A stretch of 42,486 bases of DNA from an uncultured Collinsella sp. Its GTDB lineage: Bacteria; Actinomycetota; Coriobacteriia; Coriobacteriales; Coriobacteriaceae. Positions 10,032 through 20,272 of this stretch are shown one piece after another. Location: contig CABULX010000001.1 of NCBI GenBank assembly GCA_902492545.1, positions 1 to 42,486 on the forward strand, in the 5' to 3' direction. The notes under the pieces were generated by a model. That model was not told the DNA's origin. It ran no database searches and saw only the letters and a list, made by a program, of their open reading frames with translations. Both the position numbers and the translations under genes were made by a program. Each line of letters begins with the position of its first letter. Position 1 is the stretch's first letter.

Positions 10032-12911
10032 ATGTCTGATTCTTCTATCGTTATTCGCGGCGCTCGTGAGCACAACCTCCGTGATATCGATGTTTCCATT
10101 CCGCGTGACCAACTCGTGGTCATTACCGGTCTTTCTGGCTCGGGCAAGAGCTCGCTGGCATTTGACACTATCTATGCCGAGGGCCAGCGTCGATACGTCG
10201 AGAGCCTTTCGAGCTATGCGCGCCAGTTCTTGGGTCAGATGGACAAACCCGACCTGGATTCAATCGACGGCCTTTCGCCGGCAGTGTCGATCGACCAAAA
10301 GACGACGTCTAAAAACCCTCGCTCGACGGTTGGCACCGTAACCGAGATTTATGACTATCTGCGCCTGCTGTTCGCCCGTGTGGGCACCCCGCACTGTCCC
10401 GAATGCGGCCGCGTCATTGAGCGTCAGACGACCGACCAGGTTGCCGACAAGGTCTTGGCGGCGGGGGAGGGCCGCCGCGCGTTTGTGCTGGCACCGGTGG
10501 TGCGCGGGCGAAAAGGCGAGTACACCAAACTGTTTGAGGACCTTCGCGCCGAGGGCTTTAGCCGCGTGCGTGTCGACGGTGAAGTGCGCTCGCTCGACGA
10601 TCCGATCGATCTGGACAAGAAGTTCAAGCACGATATCGAGGTCGTAGTCGATCGCATCGTGATCCGTGAGAACTCTCTGGGCCGTATCGCCGAGTCTGTT
10701 GAGCAAGCGACCGCGCTGGCTCACGGCAATGTAAACGTGTACATGCTGCCCGATCGTGATGCTCCCGAGGGGACCGAGGGCGAGCTGCTGGAGTATTCGT
10801 TGGCCTTGGCGTGCCCGGAGCATGGTCACTCCATTGACGATCTTCAGCCGCGTGATTTTTCGTTCAACGCTCCCTATGGCGCATGTCCTGAGTGCGACGG
10901 CCTGGGCTTTAAGAAAACCGTTGATGCCGAGGCGCTGATTGAGGATCCCTCGAAGTCCATTGCCGATGGAGTCTTTGGTAGCCTGTTTGGCAATTCGAAC
11001 TACTATCCGCAGATTTTTGCTGCGGTCTGCAAACACTTTAAGGTGAGCGCCGATACGCCGTGGGAGGACTTGCCCCCTCGCGTGCGTCGTGCATTCTTGG
11101 ATGGCCTGGGCGATACGAAGATCTCGGTCGACTACCAAAAGCTCGACGGACGTCGCAGCCAGTGGGATACCAAGTTTTCGGGCGTTCGCAACATCCTGTA
11201 CGAACGCTATACCGAGACGACGAACGAGAACACCAAGGCGCGCCTGGAGAAGTACATTCGCGAGGAGCCGTGCTCGAGCTGCCACGGCGCTCGTTTGCGC
11301 TCCGAGATGCTCGCCGTCACCGTGGGCGGCAAGTCCATTTACGAGGTTTGTTGCCTGTCGTGCCGTGAATCGCTCGAGTTTTTTGAGGGCCTGGAGCTCA
11401 CCGAGCGCCAACAGTTTATCGGCGGCCGTATCGTCAAGGAAATCCTGGAGCGCTTGCGTTTTCTGGTCGATGTTGGACTCGACTATCTGACGCTCGATCG
11501 TGCCTCGGCGACGCTTTCCGGTGGCGAGGCGCAGCGTATTCGTCTGGCAACGCAGATCGGCGCGGGTCTCATGGGCGTGCTCTATATTCTGGACGAGCCC
11601 TCGATCGGTCTTCATCAGCGTGACAACGAGCGCTTGATCAAGACGCTCGAGCGCCTGCGCGATATCGGCAATACCGTTATCGTCGTCGAACACGACGAGG
11701 ATACAATCCGTGCCGCCGATTACGTGATCGACATGGGGCCCGGCGCCGGCGTCAACGGCGGACACGTAGTCGCGGCGGGAACGCCTGCCGATATCATGGC
11801 GTGTCCTGAGTCGATGACGGGCGCTTATCTGACCGGCAAACGAATGATCCGGGTGCCTGATGAACGGCGCAAGCCCGGTCGCGGCTGCCTTAAAATTACG
11901 GGCGCTCGAGCCAACAACCTCAAAAACGTTACCGCCAAAATCGAGTTTGGTACGCTTACGGTTGTTACCGGCGTGTCGGGATCGGGCAAGAGCTCCCTGG
12001 TTACCGACACCATTGCGCCTGCCCTTACGAATGTCATTCACCGTTCGACGCGCCCTGTGGGTCCGTATAAGAAAATCGAGGGCATCGAGTGTATCGATAA
12101 GGTTATCGATATCGACCAGTCGCCGATTGGCCGCACGCCGCGCTCCAACCCTGCTACCTATATCGGCCTGTGGGATGATCTTCGCGCGCTGTTTGCGAGT
12201 ACGCCGGAGTCGAAGGCGCGCGGCTACTCGCCGGGTCGTTTCTCCTTTAATGTGAGTGGCGGGCGCTGTGAGGCGTGCAAGGGCGATGGGCAGATTAAGA
12301 TCGAGATGCACTTCCTTCCCGATATCTACGTTCCCTGCGAAGTTTGCGGCGGTAAACGCTACAACCGCGAGACACTCGAGGTCACCTACCGTGGCAAGAC
12401 CATCTCGGACGTGCTCGACATGAGCGTCACCGAGGCGCTGGCCTTCTTTGGGAATATCCCGCAGATCAAGCGAAAGCTCCAGACGCTGTACGATGTAGGC
12501 TTGGGCTACGTGAGCCTGGGCCAGCCCGCCACGACGCTCTCGGGCGGCGAGGCGCAGCGTGTGAAGCTCGCCAAGGAGCTTCATCGACGCCAGACGGGCA
12601 AGACGTTCTATATTTTGGACGAGCCGACGACCGGTCTTCATTTTGAGGACGTCCGCCAGCTGCTCGATGTGCTGCAGCGCTTGGTCGATGCGGGCAACAC
12701 GGTGCTGGTGATTGAGCACAACCTTGATGTCATCAAGGTTGCCGACCGCCTGATCGATATGGGTCCCGAGGGCGGTAACGGCGGCGGAACCGTCGTGGTT
12801 TCGGGCACACCGGAGCAGGTTGCGGACTGTCCGCAGAGTTATACGGGCAAGTTTTTGGCGCCGTTGCTCAGGCGTGACCGGGAGCGTCAGGCTCAACTTG
12901 ATGCTCAATAA
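10032..12911 (+). CDS. uvrA: Excinuclease ABC subunit A
   Basis: Two ABC domains ([18 protein letters not shown]), LSGGEAQR twice, Zn-finger CxxC motifs; AAGGAG RBS. Confidence 0.99.
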   Translation: MSDSSIVIRGAREHNLRDIDVSIPRDQLVVITGLSGSGKSSLAFDTIYAEGQRRYVESLSSYARQFLGQMDKPDLDSIDGLSPAVSIDQKTTSKNPRSTVGTVTEIYDYLRLLFARVGTPHCPECGRVIERQTTDQVADKVLAAGEGRRAFVLAPVVRGRKGEYTKLFEDLRAEGFSRVRVDGEVRSLDDPIDLDKKFKHDIEVVVDRIVIRENSLGRIAESVEQATALAHGNVNVYMLPDRDAPEGTEGELLEYSLALACPEHGHSIDDLQPRDFSFNAPYGACPECDGLGFKKTVDAEALIEDPSKSIADGVFGSLFGNSNYYPQIFAAVCKHFKVSADTPWEDLPPRVRRAFLDGLGDTKISVDYQKLDGRRSQWDTKFSGVRNILYERYTETTNENTKARLEKYIREEPCSSCHGARLRSEMLAVTVGGKSIYEVCCLSCRESLEFFEGLELTERQQFIGGRIVKEILERLRFLVDVGLDYLTLDRASATLSGGEAQRIRLATQIGAGLMGVLYILDEPSIGLHQRDNERLIKTLERLRDIGNTVIVVEHDEDTIRAADYVIDMGPGAGVNGGHVVAAGTPADIMACPESMTGAYLTGKRMIRVPDERRKPGRGCLKITGARANNLKNVTAKIEFGTLTVVTGVSGSGKSSLVTDTIAPALTNVIHRSTRPVGPYKKIEGIECIDKVIDIDQSPIGRTPRSNPATYIGLWDDLRALFASTPESKARGYSPGRFSFNVSGGRCEACKGDGQIKIEMHFLPDIYVPCEVCGGKRYNRETLEVTYRGKTISDVLDMSVTEALAFFGNIPQIKRKLQTLYDVGLGYVSLGQPATTLSGGEAQRVKLAKELHRRQTGKTFYILDEPTTGLHFEDVRQLLDVLQRLVDAGNTVLVIEHNLDVIKVADRLIDMGPEGGNGGGTVVVSGTPEQVADCPQSYTGKFLAPLLRRDRERQAQLDAQ

Positions 12912-12930
12912 ATAGGCGATTCAGTTTATG

Positions 12931-12963
12931 GGCGCCATCGACTCCTTGTGATTCGATGGCGCT
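12931..12963 (+). terminator. Stem-loop downstream of uvrA
   Basis: GGCGCCATCGA / TCGATGGCGCT inverted repeat; weak U tail. Confidence 0.55.
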
Positions 12964-13043
12964 TGCTGTGCCGAAGTGACGTATGCAGCCGAATTGGACA
13001 TATACTTAATCTTTGCGTCCGAATGCGAGGGAAAGGATATGTC

Positions 13044-13544
13044 ATGGCAAAGGCTGTAAAGACGCCAAAAACCAATGCGATGCGCGAGCTGGAAAGCGCC
13101 GGCATTTCCTATGTTCTACATACGTACGAAGACGATGGTGATGAGTCGGTGGGCCTGGGGGTCGCGATTTCGGAGCAGCTTGGCGAGGAGCCCGGTCAAG
13201 GATTTAAGACCTTGGTCTGCGTGACGCCGTCCAACGACCATGTCGTGTGCTGCATCCCTGTTGCCGATGAGCTCGATCTAAAGTCCGCCGCGCGTGCCGC
13301 GGGGGAGAAGTCCTTGGTTATGATGCATGTGAAGGATTTGCTTGCGGCGACTGGCTACGTTCGCGGCGGCTGCAGCCCGGTCGGTATGAAAAAACGCTAC
13401 CGGACGCTCATTGATGAGACGTGTGTCCTTTGGGATACCATTTTTATTTCGGGAGGCAAGCGTGGTTATCAGCTCGAGCTTGCACCCGATGATTTAATTG
13501 CATTTTGCGGGGCGACGGTTGCCGCGATTACGAGAGAGGACTGA
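13044..13544 (+). CDS. ybaK: Cys-tRNA(Pro) deacylase YbaK/EbsC
   Basis: KTNAMRELE, FKTLV, TGYVRGGCSPVG, ISGGKRG motifs. Confidence 0.92.
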   Translation: MAKAVKTPKTNAMRELESAGISYVLHTYEDDGDESVGLGVAISEQLGEEPGQGFKTLVCVTPSNDHVVCCIPVADELDLKSAARAAGEKSLVMMHVKDLLAATGYVRGGCSPVGMKKRYRTLIDETCVLWDTIFISGGKRGYQLELAPDDLIAFCGATVAAITRED

Positions 13545-13547
13545 GCG

Positions 13548-15230
13548 ATGCCGCAGGAAGAATTGAAGCGCGGAGCTCATTTTGCAAAAGAATCTGCGCC
13601 TCAGACGCCCTCATCCGAAGCTTCTTCGTCGCGAGATGACACTGACGACATGGGCTCGTCGGACTACTCCACGGTTGGTCGTTCCGCCGGGCTTATGACC
13701 ATCCTGACTATCGTGTCTCGCGTCACCGGTTTTATCCGCACGTGGGCAATGGCGGCCGCTATCGGCATGTCGCTACTCTCGTCCTCCTATCAGGTCGCCA
13801 ACAACCTGCCCAATATGCTCTACGAACTCGTGATGGGTGGCATGCTCGTGACGGCGTTTTTGCCCGTGTACATGGGCGTGAGGCGTGAGCAGGGTCGCGA
13901 GGCCTCGAACGAGTACGTGGGCAACCTGCTCGGCATTCTGCTTTTAGTGCTAGGTGGCATTTCGTTGCTGGGGACCGTGTTCGCCCCGGGCTTTATCTGG
14001 ACGCAATCGTTCCTTTCGGGTGACGGTGGCAGCATGGATACCGCTGCGTTCATGTTCCGTTTCTTTGCCATCCAGATTCTGTTTTATGGTTTGGGCTCGG
14101 TGTTCTCGGGCGTTCTCAACGCACACCGCGACTACTTTTGGTCGACGTTTGCCCCGGTCCTCAACAATGTGATCGTCATTGCGAGCTTTATGGGTTTTGC
14201 GCCCGTGTCCGCACAGTTTGGCGAACGTGCCGGCATCATCTTGATTGCGGCCGGTACGACCCTCGGTGTCTTTGTTCAGATGGCATGTCAGATTCCCGCG
14301 CTTGGCAAGCACGGCGTGCATCCCCATATCCATATCGACTTTAAGGACCCCGCGCTGCGCCAGACGATTGCGCTCGGTATCCCGACGCTGCTCGCCACGG
14401 TGTGCATGTTTGTCTCGACTTCTATCACCAACGCTGCCGCGCTGGTGGTCCAGCCCGAGACGGGTCCTTCCGTCATCGCCTATGCGCGCCTGTGGTACAC
14501 GCTGCCCTACGCGCTGATTGCCGCCTCGCTTTCGACGGCGCTCTATACCGAGCTCTCTCATGACGCACAGGAGAAGGATTACGACAGCGTTCGCACGGGC
14601 ATTTCGCGTGGCGTCGCCCAGATGCTGTTCTTCCTGATTCCGTTCGCACTGTACCTGATTGTCTTCGCACGTCCGCTCAATATGATCTACTGTGCTGGCA
14701 AGTTTGATGAGTCCGGCGTGGCGCTGGTGTCCGAGTTCCTTGTCTACCTGGCGCTCTCGCTGCCGCTCTACGGCGTGGTCGTGTTGATGCAGAAGAGCTT
14801 CTCTGCCTTGCTCGACATGAAGCCCTATAGCCGCTATTGCCTGTATTCCGCCATCGGCCAGGCCGGCTCGGTTCTGCTGTTTGGCGTTGTGCTGGGCTTC
14901 GGTATGCCGGCAATCGCGCTTTCGTATGTCGTCGACTACGTGATCTTGGTCGGCTGTTCGCTGTGGTGGCTGCGTCGTCGCCTGCGTGGCCTTCAGGTCA
15001 AATCTATCCTACATGGCGGTTTCTTTGGCCTTTTGCTCGGTGGCCTAGGTGCTGCCGCAGGCGCCGGCGTCATGTGGGCGCTTGAACACTTTGTCGGGGC
15101 ACTTGGCGGCTCGATTCTGATTACTCTTGGCTACGTTTGCGTTGCGGGTGTCGCCTCGCTTGTTGTTACCTTTGGCCTTGCCGTCGTCCTTAAGATGCCC
15201 GAGGTCTCGGCGCTGCTTCGTCGCAAGTAG
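13548..15230 (+). CDS. murJ: Lipid II flippase MurJ/MviN
   Basis: SRVTGFIR, YQVANNLPNMLYEL, AFLPV; polytopic hydrophobic profile. Confidence 0.92.
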   Translation: MPQEELKRGAHFAKESAPQTPSSEASSSRDDTDDMGSSDYSTVGRSAGLMTILTIVSRVTGFIRTWAMAAAIGMSLLSSSYQVANNLPNMLYELVMGGMLVTAFLPVYMGVRREQGREASNEYVGNLLGILLLVLGGISLLGTVFAPGFIWTQSFLSGDGGSMDTAAFMFRFFAIQILFYGLGSVFSGVLNAHRDYFWSTFAPVLNNVIVIASFMGFAPVSAQFGERAGIILIAAGTTLGVFVQMACQIPALGKHGVHPHIHIDFKDPALRQTIALGIPTLLATVCMFVSTSITNAAALVVQPETGPSVIAYARLWYTLPYALIAASLSTALYTELSHDAQEKDYDSVRTGISRGVAQMLFFLIPFALYLIVFARPLNMIYCAGKFDESGVALVSEFLVYLALSLPLYGVVVLMQKSFSALLDMKPYSRYCLYSAIGQAGSVLLFGVVLGFGMPAIALSYVVDYVILVGCSLWWLRRRLRGLQVKSILHGGFFGLLLGGLGAAAGAGVMWALEHFVGALGGSILITLGYVCVAGVASLVVTFGLAVVLKMPEVSALLRRK

Positions 15231-17177
15231 GTGCGCGTGGCCGGTCACGACAACATACCAACGCTTGCCGAGCAGGTTTCGCGCGTTCCCACACAGCCCG
15301 GATGCTACCTTTGGAAGGATGCCAAGGGCGATGTCATCTACGTGGGCAAGGCGAAAAACCTGCGCGCCCGCATGCGTCAATACGTGACACTGCAGGATGA
15401 GCGTCAAAAGATCCCGCTGATGATGCAGCTGGTGGCGAGCTTTGACTACATCGTTGTCGAAACCGAGCATGAGGCGCTTGTACTCGAGCGCAACCTGATC
15501 GGCCAGTACCATCCGTACTTTAACGTCGACCTCAAGGATGACAAGAGCTACCCCTTTATCGCCATTACAAAGGGCGACCTGTATCCCGCGATCAAATACA
15601 CGCGTGAGCGTCATAAGCCGGGAACGCGCTATTTTGGACCCTATACCGATAGCCGTGCGGCACGTGAGACGATAGATACGCTGCGCAAGGTTATCCCCAT
15701 CTGCTCTGCATCCTGTGCGGAGTGGCGTCGTTGTCGCCGTACCATCGAGTCCCACAAGGGCGAGGAAGACATCGTCAATATGATTTGCGCACAAAACGGG
15801 CGTCCCTGCTTTGACTACCATGTCGGGCGCGGCCCGGGTGCGTGTGTCGGCGCGATTTCCCCGGCAGACTATGCCAAGAACGTCAAGCGTGTCGAGCGCT
15901 TTTTGTCGGGCCATCGCAAGGATGTCGTCGATGAGCTGACCTCCGAGATGACGGATGCCGCCGAGGCGCTCGACTTTGAGCGCGCGGCACGCGTCAAACG
16001 TCGTTTGGAGGTCATCAGGGGTCTGGACGATCGTCAGCAAGTCGTTTTTCCCTCCAGTGTCGATATCGATGTCATCGGGTTCTATCGCGAGGAGACCATC
16101 TCCGCCGCTTGCGTCTTCGTCGTTCGCGAGGGCCGAACAGTTCGCACCTGCGAGTTCATTCTCGACAAGGGTCTTGATGTTGACGAGGAAGAGCTCCAGT
16201 CGGGCTTTCTTAAGCGCTATTACGACGAGACGGCTGATATTCCAGCTGAGGTCAACCTTTCCGTCGAGCTTGAGGATGCGGAGGCGCTGGGGGAGTGGCT
16301 TGCGGGCAAGCGTGAGCGTTCCTGCCATCTCCATAGGCCGCAGCGTGGCGAAAAGCACCGTCTGCTCGATATGGCATCCAAAAATGCGCGCCATGCCCTC
16401 ATGCGCTACATGATGCGAACGGGGTACGCTGACGACCGCACCAATCAAGCGCTCCTGGAGCTCGAAAGTGCGTTGGCGCTGCCATCGCCGCCGTTGCGTA
16501 TCGAGTGCTTCGATATCTCTACACTGCATGGCACCTTTACGGTCGCCTCGATGGTGGTGTTTACCAACGGGCGCGCCGACAAGAGCCAGTACCGTCGTTT
16601 TAAAATTCAGGCCGAATTGGACGAGGCAAACGACTTCGTGTCGATGTCCGAGGTTTTGGGACGACGCTATGCTCCCGAGCGCATGGCCGACGAGCGCTTT
16701 GGCTCGCGCCCCGATTTGCTCGTTGTCGATGGCGGTAAGCCGCAATTGACCGCTGCGATCAAGCAACTTGAGGCTCTTGGGCTCGATATACCAGTTTGTG
16801 GCTTGGCGAAGGCCGACGAGGAAGTTTTTGTGCCTTGGGACGAGACTCCTGTCGTGCTGCCGACCGGGTCTGCTTCGCTCTATCTAATTAAACAGGTACG
16901 CGATGAGTCCCACCGATTTGCCATCACGTTCCACCGTGAGTTGCGCGATAAAGCCATGACGGTTTCGGTACTCGATGACGTTCCGGGCGTGGGACCCACC
17001 AGAAAACGTGCCCTTATGCGCCATTTTGGCTCGATGAAGCGTTTGCGCGCGGCGAGCGAGCAAGAGATCGCGGAAGTTCGCGGCATACCTGCCGATGTTG
17101 CCAAGGCGGTCCACGAGGCGCTCGTTGCATGGAATGCCGAGCGCACCGAGGCGGCGGCTGGCCATTCCGATAGCTAA
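15231..17177 (+). CDS. uvrC: Excinuclease ABC subunit C
   Basis: GIY-YIG (PGCYLW..VIYVGKAKNLR), RIECFDIS, VDGGKPQL, RDESHRFA, C-terminal HhH; start may be GTG 15231 or 15237. Confidence 0.97.
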   Translation: MRVAGHDNIPTLAEQVSRVPTQPGCYLWKDAKGDVIYVGKAKNLRARMRQYVTLQDERQKIPLMMQLVASFDYIVVETEHEALVLERNLIGQYHPYFNVDLKDDKSYPFIAITKGDLYPAIKYTRERHKPGTRYFGPYTDSRAARETIDTLRKVIPICSASCAEWRRCRRTIESHKGEEDIVNMICAQNGRPCFDYHVGRGPGACVGAISPADYAKNVKRVERFLSGHRKDVVDELTSEMTDAAEALDFERAARVKRRLEVIRGLDDRQQVVFPSSVDIDVIGFYREETISAACVFVVREGRTVRTCEFILDKGLDVDEEELQSGFLKRYYDETADIPAEVNLSVELEDAEALGEWLAGKRERSCHLHRPQRGEKHRLLDMASKNARHALMRYMMRTGYADDRTNQALLELESALALPSPPLRIECFDISTLHGTFTVASMVVFTNGRADKSQYRRFKIQAELDEANDFVSMSEVLGRRYAPERMADERFGSRPDLLVVDGGKPQLTAAIKQLEALGLDIPVCGLAKADEEVFVPWDETPVVLPTGSASLYLIKQVRDESHRFAITFHRELRDKAMTVSVLDDVPGVGPTRKRALMRHFGSMKRLRAASEQEIAEVRGIPADVAKAVHEALVAWNAERTEAAAGHSDS

Positions 17178-17268
17178 ACACGAGCCTAAACAACTGATAT
17201 ACATGATTGCGCGATTTTCAACCATTTATTTCGCCATGATTGCCTGCTGGTTTCGGGTTTTATTAACG

Positions 17269-17309
17269 CTAAAACGTTTGACTAACCCAAGCGAAAACCC
17301 TGCTATCCT
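17269..17309 (+). promoter_or_regulatory. Putative promoter and operator of the sialic acid cluster
   Basis: CTAAAACGTTTGAC palindrome-like site overlapping TTGACT (17278-17283); extended -10 TGcTATCCT (17301-17309); -35/-10 spacing is long (20 bp). Confidence 0.4.
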
Positions 17310-17541
17310 GCGGGTTGACGAAGACTGATATCTCACCTCGCCGATACATACTGTCTGGCGAATCGTTTGTCAACGAATTCGGTGAACGGTAGTAAATACC
17401 GTTCAAGCGTATGTATGTATCGGTCGCCGAGCGCGGCACCTCAGTTGGGTTCGTCGGTAGGTAAGGTATATATCGTCCGCAAGTTGCGCGGGGGCACGTC
17501 TAGGTGCTCCCGAGTAAGATTCTCTATTGATAGGAGAAGAC

Positions 17542-19155
17542 ATGGCCATCATCAACAAGGGTATGTCCAGGCGTTCGTTCCTCGGCCTCACCGGCAGCGT
17601 CGCTGCTGTCGCCGGCCTTGGTCTCACTGGCTGCGGTGGCAGCTCTAGCGACGAGGGTTCCGCTTCCGGCTCCACCGATTCCGCCAACCGTGGCGGCGGC
17701 GTGATCACCGCTGGTTCCGCTTACGCTCCGTCCAGCTTCGATCCCGCCAGCACCGGCTCCGCTGTGGGCCTGGGTGCTAACTGGCACGTCGTCGAGGGCC
17801 TCTACGGCATCGATTACCACGACTACAGCACCTTCAACGAGCTCGCCACCGACGATCCCAAGTCTGTGGACGACACCACTTTCGAGGTCACCATCCGCAA
17901 GGGCGCCAAGTTCTCCGATGGCACCGAGGTCACCGCTGACGATGTCGTTGCCTCCTACACCGCTTGCGCCGCTTCCGCTACCTATGCTCCGTTCTTCCAG
18001 CCCTTCGAGTCCATCGAGGCCAAGGACGCCAGCACCGTGACGGTCAAGACTAAGGTCCCCAACTTCTCCCTGCTCAAGGATCGTCTGGCCATCGTCCGCG
18101 TTACCCCGGCCACCCAGACCGAGGAGGATCGCGCCAAGCAGCCGATCGGTTCCGGCCCCTGGATGTACGACTCTATCTCCGATACCGAGATCACCTTGGT
18201 TCCCAACCCCGAGTACAACGGTGAGTATGCTGCCGAGGATAAGAAGATCCAGTACAGCATCCTGACCGACCCCACCGCTCGCGTTACCGCTCAGCAGGAG
18301 GGCTCCACGCTCGTTATGGAGCTCGTTACCGCTGACGCCGTCGACCAGCTCGAGAGCGCCGGCTGCAAGATCGATAACGTTCAGGGTTTCGGCACCCGCT
18401 TCATCATGTTCAACGTCGCCAAGGAGCCTTGGAACAACGTCAAGGTCCGTCAGGCTGTCATGTATGCGCTCGACACCGAGAAGATGGTCAGCAACACCTT
18501 CGCCGGCCTTGCCACCGCTGCCAGCTGCTACCTGCCCAAGAGCTTCACCAACTATCATGAGGCTTCCACGGTGTACAAGACCGACGCCAAGAAGGCTAAG
18601 AAGCTCATCGAGGAGTCTGGCATCACCCCGGGTGCCATCACCCTGCGCACCACCGACAACGAGCAGATTAAGGGCATGGCCGCCCAGGTCAAGAACGACC
18701 TCGACGCTCTCGGCTTCGATGTGACCATCCAGACCGATACCTCGCCGGCCACTTACGCTGCCATCGACGGCGGCGAGGCCTACGATATCCTCCTTGCCCC
18801 TGGCGATCCTTCCTGCTTCGGCGCCGACCCCGACCTGCTGCTCAACTGGTGGTACGGCGACAACGTCTGGATGCAGACCCGTTGCCCGTGGAAGGAGTCC
18901 GCTGAGTGGCAGAAGCTCCACGGCCTCATGGACGAGGCTCTTGCCGCCGAGGGCGACGAGCAGCAGAAGAAGTGGAACGAGTGCTTCGACATCATTGCCG
19001 ACAACGCCGTTCTGTACCCCGTTGTCCACGTCAAGACCGTCTCCGCTTCCTGGGACGATCCGTCCACTGCACCCAACGGCGAGGCCCTCGATGGCTTCAA
19101 GGGCATCGGCACGACGAGCATGTCCTTCAGGGGCGTTGCGACCGTCAAGGCGTAA
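17542..19155 (+). CDS. ABC substrate-binding lipoprotein (family 5), probably sialic-acid binding
   Basis: Twin-Arg signal SRRSFLG plus lipobox LTGC; FSDGTEVTADDVV and PIGSGPW motifs; same-strand cluster with nanAKE. Confidence 0.88.
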   Translation: MAIINKGMSRRSFLGLTGSVAAVAGLGLTGCGGSSSDEGSASGSTDSANRGGGVITAGSAYAPSSFDPASTGSAVGLGANWHVVEGLYGIDYHDYSTFNELATDDPKSVDDTTFEVTIRKGAKFSDGTEVTADDVVASYTACAASATYAPFFQPFESIEAKDASTVTVKTKVPNFSLLKDRLAIVRVTPATQTEEDRAKQPIGSGPWMYDSISDTEITLVPNPEYNGEYAAEDKKIQYSILTDPTARVTAQQEGSTLVMELVTADAVDQLESAGCKIDNVQGFGTRFIMFNVAKEPWNNVKVRQAVMYALDTEKMVSNTFAGLATAASCYLPKSFTNYHEASTVYKTDAKKAKKLIEESGITPGAITLRTTDNEQIKGMAAQVKNDLDALGFDVTIQTDTSPATYAAIDGGEAYDILLAPGDPSCFGADPDLLLNWWYGDNVWMQTRCPWKESAEWQKLHGLMDEALAAEGDEQQKKWNECFDIIADNAVLYPVVHVKTVSASWDDPSTAPNGEALDGFKGIGTTSMSFRGVATVKA

Positions 19156-19312
19156 GACTCGCTTGAGTCTGTATGCAGGATGTCGGTCGTTGGGACCGTA
19201 TCCTCATAGTTGAAACAAAGACCCGGGCGGCAACGATGTCGCTCGGGTCTTGTAATGAGTATCCGTACTCATATACCAGTTGGTCCTACCGACAAAAGAA
19301 AGGGGAGAGAAC

Positions 19313-20269
19313 GTGAACAACTTGCTACGTTTGATTGGAAGGCGTCTTGTGGCGCTGCCGATCATGGCATTGGGCGTCACCGTCCTGGTGTTCTTCCTTA
19401 TGTCGTTCTCCAAGACCGACCCCGCCTACACGGCGTTGGGTGACGGTGCCTCGCCCGAGGCGGTTGCCGAGTACCATGAGAAGTATGGTCTGGACGACCC
19501 CTGGCCCGTGCGCTACGTGCGCTATATGGGCGATCTGATCCATGGCGACATGGGCACCTATGGTGCTGCTCGCAACTCCGTTGCCAAGCGCATCTCCACG
19601 GCCCTGCCCGTCACGATGCAGCTGACCTTCATCGGTCTTGCCATCGGTGCGGTCGTTTCGTTTTTGCTCGGCGTCATCGCAGCACTGTATCGCGACAAAT
19701 GGCCGGACCAAGTGATCCGCGTCTTTTCCATCGCCGGCTTGGCAACCCCGTCGTTCTGGCTTGCCGTTCTGTTGATCCTGCTGTTCTCTTCCTACCTTAA
19801 GGTGCTCCCGGCATCGGGTGCTCTGCCTCACTTCACCACGAATCCGGTTGGCTATCTGGGACGTATGATCATGCCCGCTATCGCCTTGGCATTTCCGCTG
19901 ACGGGCCAGATGACTCGTATCGTGCGTACCGCCATGGTCGAGGAGCTCGATAAGGATTATGTCCGTATGGCTCGCGGCGCCGGCGTTCCCGAGAAGGTCG
20001 TCGTCGGCATCAACGTTCTTCGCAATGCGCTGATCACCCCGGTCACCACCCTCGGTCTTAAGATCGGTTACCTCATGGGCGGCGCCGTCGTCATCGAGGT
20101 TATCTTCAACCTCCCCGGCATGGGCACCGCGATTCTGCAGGGCGTTCAGGGCAACGAGGCGAACCTGGTTCAGGGCGTCGTTATCGTCGTTGCTCTTGCC
20201 TTCATCATCATCAACATCGTGGTTGACATGCTCTACCTGCTCATCAACCCGCGCATCAGGACGGTGTAG
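19313..20269 (+). CDS. ABC permease (DppB-like), sialic acid importer
   Basis: PSFWLA, DYVRMARGAG, LRNALITP; GTG start after AGGGGAG. Confidence 0.92.
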   Translation: MNNLLRLIGRRLVALPIMALGVTVLVFFLMSFSKTDPAYTALGDGASPEAVAEYHEKYGLDDPWPVRYVRYMGDLIHGDMGTYGAARNSVAKRISTALPVTMQLTFIGLAIGAVVSFLLGVIAALYRDKWPDQVIRVFSIAGLATPSFWLAVLLILLFSSYLKVLPASGALPHFTTNPVGYLGRMIMPAIALAFPLTGQMTRIVRTAMVEELDKDYVRMARGAGVPEKVVVGINVLRNALITPVTTLGLKIGYLMGGAVVIEVIFNLPGMGTAILQGVQGNEANLVQGVVIVVALAFIIINIVVDMLYLLINPRIRTV

Positions 20270-20272
20270 ATT

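Noticed and set aside
10260..12908. 882-aa antisense ORF over uvrA (likewise over uvrC, SBP, nanA, nanK, gap, pgk, tpiA, gpmI, oppA, oppD, oppF)
   Set aside because: Exact antisense shadows of well-identified genes, expected from codon bias
17178..17200. CTAAACA direct repeat as insertion-site duplication for the nan cluster
   Set aside because: Both 7-bp copies lie at the left boundary; no matching direct copy at the right boundary
17367..17648. 93-aa ORF in the nan leader as possible leader peptide
   Set aside because: TTG start without RBS, runs out of frame into the SBP gene, no informative composition
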